Part shown: piece after piece, positions 1-9,040 of the stretch
Layout of the letters: every line of letters starts with the position of its first letter
How positions within the stretch are numbered: the stretch's first letter is position 1
The notes under the pieces: generated by a model
Database searches by the model: none
The model's input: only the letters and a program-made list of their open reading frames with translations
Told to the model about the DNA's origin: nothing
NCBI GenBank assembly: GCA_905178155.1
Contig: CAJINV010000001.1
Location: 10,321,432-10,385,431 of the forward strand
Length of the DNA: 64,000 bases
Direction of reading: 5' to 3'
Origin: Amoebophrya sp. A120
Taxonomy: Eukaryota > Protista > Dinoflagellata
Made by a program: the position numbers and the translations under genes

Positions 1-2
1 AG

Positions 3-2279
3 CGGGTAAGTAGTGGTGTAAGTAGCAGTTCAACGTCTGATGATCCCTCCAAAGAAAGTCAGGTCACCCTGTTCCAGTGGAACCTGCTCGCGACCGGCCT
101 GCACCAGGATGGGTTTGTGCGACCGGATTTGTTTCCGGGCGAAAAAATGCAACAGCACCTGGACGTGACCCGCAAATACCGGGCCCTGATGCAGGAACAC
201 AATGTGGATTTGGAACTGCTGAAGCATGTGCAACCGTTGTGGAACAAAGCGCTCTTTGGGGAGGACAAGGAGAAGGACAACAAGAACTCCAGCGACGCCG
301 CGACGAAAGATGTTGTACAACTACCGGAGCAAGAGGATCATCGAGCTGATTCTTGCGCGGCACTTGCAAAAATCCTGACCGGCCCGGTAGCGGAGAAGCT
401 GTTGTTGAAAAACGAGTTTAGTAAAAGGGACGAGCTCTTTTTCCTCCCGCTCGACGATCTCCACAGGGACGAGGTCCGACCACGCTGGGAAAGCTTCGTC
501 AAGTTCTTCACAGAGAACTTTAGCCTGAAGAGCGCGGACGTGGAGAAGGCAATTACAAAAGTGTGGGACTACTACCTGCGTTCCAGCACGAAACTCGTAT
601 CATCTGCAGTCGTGACGTCGTCCGTGACTGCAACGAAGATGAACAACCGTCCAGCGCCAGATGAAGTAGAAGCCGGGATAATGGACGAGAAGGCACTGGC
701 ACAGAAAAAGCTGGAATTGGAAAAGCTGTCGGCCGTATCTCCTTCGGTCCGCACTGATCCAAGCACCCGCGCCGAAACTACAATGCGCGGAACGCTGCAG
801 TCCGCCTCATCTCCTGCGTCGTCCTCCGATTCTAATTCAGTGCCGATTCGCGAGCGCGTGAACCCGAAGCTCCAGTTCAATCCTTACGAGGTGTTTGCCC
901 TCGGTGCGAAGTTCTGGCACCACGAATTCTGCGAAACGGACTACGGAAGCGAGCTGCTGCAAATGACGCGGAAGGCCTGGGCCATCGAGAACGCGTTGAA
1001 CAGCGAGGCGGCTAAAGCGAGAAGGCTGGGCGAATTGGAAACCATGATTGCAACCAGTGCAGGAGCATTTGCAGCCGCAAGTAGTACGGAATCGTTGCCA
1101 AGCTTCCTCACACTGCAGGAGGTCGCGCCGAGCCAGTTCTTGCTGGTTGTGTCCATGAAAAACCACGCGTATCTCAAGCAGGGGGCACCAGCCACCAGCC
1201 CAGCCGACGAGAGCAGCACAACTGGTTCGGACCAGCAAACGACTGCAACTTTCGACGAGCTGCAGAAGATTCTTCGAAGGTCGAAAGAGGAAGAAAAAGA
1301 CGACAAAATCTACATCAAACGTCTGAACGAGGACCCCGTGCTGACCTCCCAGTTTTCCTACGTGCTTCGCCCGGTCGGCCCGACCGTGATCGGCACCGCG
1401 CTGTTTGTCGACCCGAAAAGGTTCGAAGTCGTGAAGCGCGAACGGGTCAAGGACTTCGCGGTGATTGCGACGGTGAGAACAAAGCGAAACCAAGGTGGTG
1501 GGACAGTTCCAGGAAATAAAGTGCAAGAAGCTGCAGCGAAAATACCCCCACCTAGCACCTTCGCTGTCGTTTCCGCGCACTTGGCTTCCGGCGTGTTGGA
1601 AACGGATTTTGAAGACCGTGTGGAGCAGGTGGCGGATCTGCTAGAGACCCTGAACCGGCCGGAGTACACAGCAATCCCCGTGCTGCTCGGCATGGACGGG
1701 AACTTCGATCGCAAGGTGGACATGATCAAGGTCCGAAACGGCGACCACTTTGCGGGCTCCTGGGACGCTGCATTTGCGGACTTCGAGCAGTGGGAAGACG
1801 TGTCCGTGGGGAAAAAACACGAAAAATACCTCGTGTCGCGGAACCAGGAGGTGCAGGTGGATTCCCTGAAGGCGGACAACGGATTCGACGAGCACCCTGT
1901 CACCGTGAATCGCTTGAGGGGCATGTTCTCGTCGCAAGTGAAGAAGTGGGGCGACTACCAGCTGCGCAATATCGACTACGTCATGGTCAGGAACCCGAAG
2001 AGAAGTGTAGAACTAGCAGAAGTAGAAGAGGACGCTGATAAAAAAGCGATAGTTGCCGCGCCTCCTGCATTGTTCCTTCACATACGCTCGGTGCTAAACT
2101 CCAAGAGTCTGCAGGCGTTTCCGATCAAGAACACCTTGTTGAAAGCGGTGAACTTGGACGATATTCTCGAAGCCGACAAGGAAACGCCGCTTCTCGGCGG
2201 TATGCTGCCAAATGGCGAGAATCCTTCCGACCACGCACCGGTCGCGGTGAGGTTCGAGATGCAGTATGGAGAATCGTAG
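3..2279 (+). CDS. Nocturnin/CCR4/Angel-like endonuclease-exonuclease-phosphatase (EEP) family hydrolase, 5'-partial
   Basis: The frame of ORF 117..2279 is open back to the window edge and adds VTLFQWNLLA (the QWN motif). Downstream are LTLQEV, VSAHLASG, LLGMDGNFD, IDYVMV and LPNGENPSDHAPV, the full ordered EEP catalytic motif set. Confidence 0.85.
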   Translation, partial: RVSSGVSSSSTSDDPSKESQVTLFQWNLLATGLHQDGFVRPDLFPGEKMQQHLDVTRKYRALMQEHNVDLELLKHVQPLWNKALFGEDKEKDNKNSSDAATKDVVQLPEQEDHRADSCAALAKILTGPVAEKLLLKNEFSKRDELFFLPLDDLHRDEVRPRWESFVKFFTENFSLKSADVEKAITKVWDYYLRSSTKLVSSAVVTSSVTATKMNNRPAPDEVEAGIMDEKALAQKKLELEKLSAVSPSVRTDPSTRAETTMRGTLQSASSPASSSDSNSVPIRERVNPKLQFNPYEVFALGAKFWHHEFCETDYGSELLQMTRKAWAIENALNSEAAKARRLGELETMIATSAGAFAAASSTESLPSFLTLQEVAPSQFLLVVSMKNHAYLKQGAPATSPADESSTTGSDQQTTATFDELQKILRRSKEEEKDDKIYIKRLNEDPVLTSQFSYVLRPVGPTVIGTALFVDPKRFEVVKRERVKDFAVIATVRTKRNQGGGTVPGNKVQEAAAKIPPPSTFAVVSAHLASGVLETDFEDRVEQVADLLETLNRPEYTAIPVLLGMDGNFDRKVDMIKVRNGDHFAGSWDAAFADFEQWEDVSVGKKHEKYLVSRNQEVQVDSLKADNGFDEHPVTVNRLRGMFSSQVKKWGDYQLRNIDYVMVRNPKRSVELAEVEEDADKKAIVAAPPALFLHIRSVLNSKSLQAFPIKNTLLKAVNLDDILEADKETPLLGGMLPNGENPSDHAPVAVRFEMQYGES

Positions 2280-2500
2280 CTCGGAATCGGAATGGCCCTT
2301 CCTTACAGTAGCGCTCGCGTTGACCGAGCGTACCAGGCTTGTTGTCTAAGAATGCAATATTGCGAAGAAGCAAAACTGATTCACGAAGGAACGCGAACGC
2401 GGATATCCTCAAGCCTTTGTTTCGCATCGAGTTTCATTCGTTCGATAAACAACGCATTGAATGCCAAAAGATGATATGACTCAGACAAACTAAATCATAA

Positions 2501-2552
2501 GCATGTACAACAACATGAACATGCTCGGCTGGAGCATGTTCCCCTTACATGC
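2501..2552. repeat. Two-tier inverted repeat/hairpin downstream of the EEP gene
   Basis: GAACATGCTC (2517-2526) and GAGCATGTTC (2532-2541) form a perfect 10-bp stem with a 5-nt loop. An outer pair is GCATGTA (2501-2507) / TACATGC (2546-2552). Confidence 0.7.
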
Positions 2553-3369
2553 ACTGTCGCCAGTCGGCAAGCTCCTCGTTTTTGCTGTGCAGCGCCAGGA
2601 TAAGTACGCGGTAGAAATGTGGTATCGGTTTTTCTCCGGGGTTTTGTTCTGAGAAAGCGTTAGTTGGTCGTCGTATCGAAGAAGATGATGAAGGACGTTG
2701 CGAAGATCATTGTTTTCACGACTTGGTATTTTTTGTGCAAATTTAGTTGGGTCTGGCGGGTTGGAAAATCAAAAATGAGAAACGAAAAATTTCTTGGCGG
2801 GGGTTTGAACGTTGAAGAAAATGAATGCAAAGGCAAAGCGAAGCAGAGAACTCGTTCGATCGGCTGTAGTGTATTTTTTGAAGGGATAATCGCGAAAAGA
2901 AAAAGATGTAAGCCCGCGTCTGTCTATCGAGGGTTGAGGTAAGAGGCAACGCCAATCACCATCTAATTCCCGTCCCGTCCCGGATGATGCTCAAAGTCAA
3001 AGAGGAACAATTGTTGCTATGTTTGTATTCTCCTTTGGTATAATTGGTTGACACGACCCAATTCATTGATTCCAATTGCAATATGGATCGATTTTCGAAA
3101 AAGTGTGGCGCGCTTACTCATGCTTAGGTAGACGGTAATATTTATTCGTATTCGCAATCGCATTCCGGAAATGAGTAAGAGCGGTGAAGTTTATATATCG
3201 TATCGCAGGTCATCGTAGCACAGGTCGTCCGTTTCCGCTTGGATTTTCGCATTGTTTGGTGAGTTGTACTACTTGGTGGCGGAGTTTAGGCATACTGTAG
3301 AGGTAAAAAGGTAGAAATTTGAAGAAGCATTCTTGTGTACTGTGTACTGTAGTGAAAGTGATCTGCAAA

Positions 3370-4898
3370 ATGGAGTTTGTAAAAAAGAACCAGTTTACCG
3401 AGGCCGCCGACTGCCTAATTTGTCTGGAAACCATCAAAGACAAGGTCTTCACAGCTTCCTGTTGCGCAAAGGCTTTCTGCGAAGATTGTCGCGATGAGTG
3501 CTCTTCCATGGATTGCCCAGCGTGTCGCGCCAAGAAATCAGACGGCTTCACGATTGTTCCGAACCGGTTTATCGAAATGAACATCGACAACGAAAAAGTA
3601 AGATGTAAAGGGTGCAAGAAAACGATGACAAGAAAGCAGTTTCGCGAAGACCACATCAAAACCAACTACTGGGAAGAATGTGAACCGTGCGCAGAAACAA
3701 AGAGAAGTTGCCCGCACAGTTATGCCGGTTGCAAATTCGAAGGGAAGTTGGCGAAGTTGCGAAAGCACTTGGGATGTGAGTGCGAGCACGTATTTTTTTG
3801 GATGTAACTGTGTCAAACGTAAACCACCCGACACCTGATCGTGCTACTTGTTAGTTTGCGTTGGCGCTACCATTGGTGTATGCATATTAATAGAGAAAGA
3901 GATCATTATCTTGCACATTCTACTGTACAACTAGGGTAGAAGAGTAAAACTGTCGCCATACAATTATGACGGAGACGGAAAATCAAACTTACAACTCACA
4001 GGGATATCGCAAGCTCGATGCTTCTGCAATCGCAATTTGCGGTGGTGAGGCAGGGTTGAAGAAATCTGTGCAGTACATCGAGTCCCATCTCCACCTCAAT
4101 CCGCCAACGCCCCCCGAGACGCTCGGCCAGCTGATGCACGCGGCCGGCATAAACCTGACCTCGAGGGTCGTGCAGTATGGTGTGTGAAGCTGCTGCAAGT
4201 ACCGCTCTGGCCCCGCCTACTCTACTCCTACTCGTCACTGTGTTGCTCTTGCTTGTATATAACTTACCACGCTATGACGTAACGGTAACCTGCTCGCTTT
4301 ATCACGTTTACCTCCCTGCGCCATTTATGTTCCATCTTGCTAAAAAAAAGTAGAAGGCCCGAGCAAAGCAAAGGCCCAGGCCGGCTGTGTAGTGCGTATA
4401 ATGAAGTGAGTCGAGACATAGACTGAGAGTGCGCCGTAGAGCAGCTTCTAATTGCATATTTTGGCGCTTGCAGGCGGCGAATGCTGGGACGAAATCCCTG
4501 ATAGACTCAGCTTGGAGAACTCTTTTATCGAGTACGAAGAGGGCCGTCGAGCCGCAGGACGACGGGACTGGGTGGACAACATCAAGCACATAACGACATA
4601 CATTTTCGCGCACTCCGTCCGGGGGACATCTGAAGACGCAAGATCCGAACTGTGGGACGGGTATCATAAGCATCTACTCCTGAGAGTCGTGGACACTTAC
4701 AACAACGAAGACTGGGACGATCGCGATACTCCCAGCGACATCGATGTGAAGCCGTGTCCCGAAAAAGGAGAGGACGACTGGCGGGACGAGTGGCGGAAGG
4801 TGTTCGGCTGGCTGAAGAAACCATCTGCGGGTCGCAACAACGACAGGAGCCGCAGTCCGCGGCGCCAAAACGGACACGCGGGCGAGAGCGGGGGGTAG
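3370..4898 (+). CDS. RING + TRAF-type zinc-finger protein with uncharacterised C-terminal domain, paralog A (~342 aa)
   Basis: Exons 3370-3789, 4002-~4169 and ~4458-4898. RING is CLIC..SCCAKAFCEDC..CPACR. TRAF-like fingers are VRCKGC..REDH and CPHSYAGCKFEG..KHL..C. GT-AG intron 3790-4001 is at the same position and phase as in paralog B. The second interruption is a 288-nt insertion absent from B. Confidence 0.75.
4170..4460 (+). mobile_element. 288-nt fold-back insertion / putative non-canonical intron present only in paralog A
   Basis: Removing 288 nt restores gapless alignment with paralog B (LTSRVxxALAGGECWDEI vs LTARIFIALASHIGHENI). There is a perfect subterminal IR GAAGCTGCT (4186-4194) / AGCAGCTTC (4440-4448), and the terminal AGTATG/CATATT can pair. 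The exact boundary can slide by a few nt. Confidence 0.6.
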
Positions 4899-5239
4899 CT
4901 CGTTGGTATTTTCTACCTGATGTCAAAGGAAAGCATGCGCAGCGTAGATGCGTGTAGGGCTAGTGCTAGTTGAGGTTAAAGATGGAGATGCGATCGCTCT
5001 GCCCAGAAGCACAAGGAGGGCAACTGGAGCTCTATTTGAAGACTTTTCCTCGATGAAACCTGATTGAGGTTTGTCACGTTGAAATCAGAATCGCAAAGTC
5101 AAGTGGTACAGCACGCATCATGAATTCTGATTGATCTTGTTTTAGGAAAAGCGCGACCTTTATATGTTTTCTGCTGGCGGGAAAAGGAAAACGAAGCTTA
5201 GGGTTGGCGTTAGGTTTAAGTTCACGTACTGTAAGGCAC

Positions 5240-5315
5240 GCGTGTTCATCTTTCCCATTGCAGCGCAGACGGTTGTACCGAGAAGCTGCCGCTTGAGTGG
5301 TGTGTGTTGTTTCCG
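5240..5315. repeat. Conserved non-coding element, copy 1 (downstream of paralog A)
   Basis: GCGTGTTCATCTTTC...GACGG..TACCGAG..G.TG.CGCTTGAGT.GTGTGTGTTGTT(T)CCG, shared with 7630-7698. Confidence 0.85.
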
Positions 5316-5326
5316 ATTCTGGATTA

Positions 5327-5554
5327 ATGAAAGCCAACTGCGAGTTCTTCAGACCCTACGAGAGAAAGCAGCTTCGAGCTCTTCATTACAAACTCGCCTT
5401 CGCAAGCCGTCGCGTTTACCTGAAAACTGGGCTGACCCTTTCACCCCGAGTGATGAAAAACGTCAAGAACTCCGCTATTGCTATTGCCGGGGATGAAACC
5501 AGATACAGAAGAAGATATTTGAAAAGCAGATGCACGTGTCAAAGATCAGCATGA
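5327..5554 (+). CDS. Small basic hypothetical ORF (75 aa)
   Basis: ATG 12 nt after the conserved element. Sequence MKANCEFFRPYERKQLRALHYKLAF... has protein-like composition but no recognisable motif and no counterpart after copy 2. Confidence 0.2.
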   Translation: MKANCEFFRPYERKQLRALHYKLAFASRRVYLKTGLTLSPRVMKNVKNSAIAIAGDETRYRRRYLKSRCTCQRSA

Positions 5555-5989
5555 TCATTCATTTCCAACATGTGCTACAGCGCGAATGAGATCAGATCAC
5601 GCTCAGATGTCTTTCGGTGGAAAGACGTGCGCGGAATCAATTTCGTCTTTTTTTTGTCGGGGTCAGCCGGTACGCACAGGTTCCCGGGGTTGACCTGCTG
5701 CCGTGTTGACCTGCAGCTAGGACTCGAATAAAAAAAATCAAAATGATTTTTTTACTAGCGAGTTTGAGTTTATCTTTATCGTTAATATCACCAGGGAAGG
5801 AGGTTGAACAAGAATGAAAGTAGAATGTGGATGTATTGTTTGAGTTGTAGAGTCTATGTGCTCCTTAAATGCAAATAGAAGCTCCACGATACACAAAAAG
5901 GAAAACAGAAGCTCAAGTTTTCTGATGCCGTTATCCGTTATCCTTCTTCATCTGGGTCATTGATTTGCGTAACTCTACTAAACTTCAAA

Positions 5990-7473
5990 ATGGATTTCGT
6001 GGGGAAAGAAAGTAATGTGCTTACCAAAGCCGCGGATTGCCTGATATGCCACCAGGACATTCAGGATCGTGTGCTCACCACAAATTGTTGCGGAAAATTT
6101 TTCTGCGAAGCGTGTCGCGATGTATACAAGAAGCCTGTGTGTCCTCATTGTCGGAAGACGTCCAGCAACGGTTATGAAATCGCACGCGTCAAGTTCATCG
6201 AGATGCAGCTGGATTCCGCCCAGGTGAAGTGCCAAGCCTGCCACGAGACCATGACCCGCAAACAATTTCGCAAAGAACATTGCTCCTCTACGTCGGGACT
6301 CTACTGGGAGCAAAAAAATCCATGCGCTGAGGCAGTGCGGAGCTGTCCGCACTCCGTGCACGGCTGCAAGTTCCAGGGAAAGCTGGCAGACATGCAAAAG
6401 CACCTCGGAGCCACATGCAAGCGCGTACGCCTACACTTTGATAGCTACAATTTAAATTTTGCAGCAGCTGAGGACATTGATGCTGTTTGTCACGCCGCTG
6501 GTCTTTAGGTTGTTGAGCTTGATTCTGACTCCTAGATCGCGCTTCTTTCCGTAATAAACACTCGACGAAGTGTAGTAATAAAAGAGAGAGTGATTCAATA
6601 TTTTTTCTCGAGTCTCCGGGAAAAAATACCGAATCGAAACGCACTCATGCATGATGAGAAAAGTGGGCGAGTTGGACCCAGAGCAGCCGTCTGCCCGTTT
6701 GTGACCTGGAAGGCCCCAAGTGACGCAGTAATATGTAAGGTTCCAATAAAATCAGTACCAACCAATTGGAACACGAGGGGGGCCCTGTTTTACGCTCACT
6801 TTTCTTAATGCAACCCAATCACTTACAGGGATACCGTTTGCTCGATGCACAGGCCGTGGAGATGTGCGGCGGCCGGGAGGGACTGAAGGCCTCGGTCAAG
6901 CTGATTGAAAGCGTGCTCAAGATATGTCCGCCTATCTCGCCCGAGGCCCTGCAGTGTCTTTTGAAAGACGCGCAGACACAACTGACAGCGCGAATCTTTA
7001 TCGCCTTAGCTTCGCACATTGGACACGAAAATATCAAAAACCTACTGAGCCCGCGAAACGTCTTTGTTGAGTTGCAAGAAGGCGCTTCCAGCAGCGTGGA
7101 CGGCGCGGAGAAGGTTGCTCACATCTGCGAGTGCCTTTTTAGCTCAGCTGTCGGGAACCGGGCGAAGAAAGAAGATGGTAGTTGGACTGAGGGCGCCGGT
7201 GAACTCTGGTCTGCTTATAGAGAGGTTTTGAAGGGCCGTGTTGTGGATCGGTATAACTTGTTGCCGTTCGCTCAACGAGCCAACCCGAAATCGATCACCT
7301 TGACTCCAATTGGGCGTGCTCTCCATTGGGATTCCGGAAAAATCAAAGCAACGTGGCGGAATATGTTTGGGTTGGTCGGCTCCTCGGAGAAGGTCAGTAA
7401 TAAACGTCCTCGAACCTCCGGTAGTGAGAGCGACAGCACCGAAAGTGAGAGCGACAGCGATGACCTTTTCTGA
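5990..7473 (+). CDS. RING + TRAF-type zinc-finger protein with uncharacterised C-terminal domain, paralog B (359 aa)
   Basis: Exons 5990-6424 and 6829-7473, with GTAC..CAG intron 6425-6828 (phase 0) joining KHLGATCKR to GYRLLDAQ. Collinear with paralog A throughout and shares the same CAAAATGGA start context. Confidence 0.8.
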
Positions 7474-7629
7474 CAAGCACAGGAGATGCCCACGCGATTG
7501 TGCAATTATTTCATGAAGGTTTGTCTGGAACATTTTGATTTTCATTTTACTATCCCTTTTTCTTTGCAAAAAAGCGTGAGTTCTTTGTCTTCTGGAGGGA
7601 TAGCAAGACTTCATATACAACTAGGGTGT

Positions 7630-7698
7630 GCGTGTTCATCTTTCACACTCTAGTGACGGTACCGAGGAGATGGCGCTTGAGTAGTGTGTGTTGTTCCG
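7630..7698. repeat. Conserved non-coding element, copy 2 (downstream of paralog B)
   Basis: Aligns with 5240-5315, sharing a 15-nt identical 5' block and a near-identical 3' block. Confidence 0.85.
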
Positions 7699-8016
7699 CA
7701 TCGCATACTCGATGGTGTATTGACGAGTTTATATTTGATTCCGCGTAGGGCAAGTGCAAGTCGATGAAGTTGAAGATCACATGTGATGGAAGTACATAGT
7801 CCTATTTTCACGTAAATCAAAGAAAAACAGAAACATCAAAAAATGTAAGTACCTCTAGCGCGCTAGCGCTTCTACTTATTTCTTTGATGTCTGAACCTGA
7901 AGAACACGAAGTAGTGAAGTAGGGGTCCTTCGTGAGTGATTTGAGTCTATCAGTATTACTTCCGTCGAATGGTCTAATTGTATTCTAGTATTACTACGCA
8001 ATAGCAAGAAAACAAG

Positions 8017-8557
8017 ATGGGGAAGCACACGAAGAAGACGAAGCTCACGAAGAGCGAGAAGCGGGAGAAGCTTCAACAGGAGCAGATGCAGAAGATCAAG
8101 GAACTGCAGGAACTCGAGCAGAGGGTGCAGTACTTGTACATACAAAACAAGAAGATCGAAGCCAGAATCGCACGCTATCAGAGGTACTACTGGTCAAGTT
8201 CTTGTCTGCTTGGACAAGAACCCAACCTCGCATTTTTTTCTGTCTGTGGGATGTTCACAAACACAAAGAATCGCAAAATTTTCTTTCAGGATGAAGCAAG
8301 CTTCCGTTTACTCGGCGGCGCATCTGCAGCAGATGGAAGGCGACAAACCGGCAGTGTACAAGCATTACGGACGGGCGTTTTTTCTCTCGACTTACGACGA
8401 CATTCAGGACGATTTGGAGTCAAAAATCAAGGAGGCCGAGGAGCAGCTGCCGCAGCTGACAAACATCAAGCTGCAATTTGACCAGCGACTGAAAAACGAA
8501 TCTGCCAACATGATGCAGCTGCAAAAGGACTTCATGAAGCTGGGCATGCGGATGTAG
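8017..8557 (+). CDS. PFDN1: Prefoldin beta-type subunit (subunit 1-like), 144 aa
   Basis: Exons 8017-8183 and 8290-8557 (intron 8184-8289, GTAC..CAG). Two coiled coils flank VYKHYGRAFFLS, which matches the beta-prefoldin hairpin motif (Y..VGRMF.L). Subunit number is less certain than the family. Confidence 0.75.
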
Positions 8558-9040
8558 TTCTTGATGCTGGCGGGCGAAAGATTATATGGCGTTGCTGAAA
8601 AAGAAAAAGTTGTTAACCTGAAAAGGTGATGCGCGTACCCGCGAGGTTTGCATTAGCTGGCGGCGTATTTTTTCTGCTGAAGATCAGATGAGGACACAAA
8701 TGGTTTTTTTCAGGAACACGCAGATCAAAAATCAAAAGGCTTTGTGAAAATACTTGGGCGTCACCTAGTAGAGCTCTTGCGGAGCCGGAGATGTTGTTCA
8801 GGAGAGGGAGAGCTGAAAAAGAAAGTGCTACCGGATGTGGCAGCACTATGTATTCGCAGCATGTTTCTTTACCCTTCTTGTGTCGAAATTCACTTTCTTC
8901 CGTCGCGCGAAGGCATTATACTGGAGATGTGAGTGTGAGGGCAAAAAGTTACAGTGATTCTGTGAGATCACTGTCACTCAGCGGTTCTAGCCAGCTTCGT
9001 CACCTTTCCGAGAGTCAAATAAAGCACCGAGCCACAGACA

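Noticed and set aside
3966-4898. ORFs 3966..4187, 4452..4898 (and 6766..7473) as stand-alone genes forming a two-gene module with the RING ORFs
   Set aside because: Paralog homology starts exactly at a CAG|G acceptor, and matching donors exist in both RING ORFs. They are better explained as exons.
5722-6628. A/T-run hairpins (~5730-5753 and ~6599-6628) as Helitron or transposon ends
   Set aside because: Low-complexity stems that are not shared between the two paralog units, with no transposase or paired termini seen.
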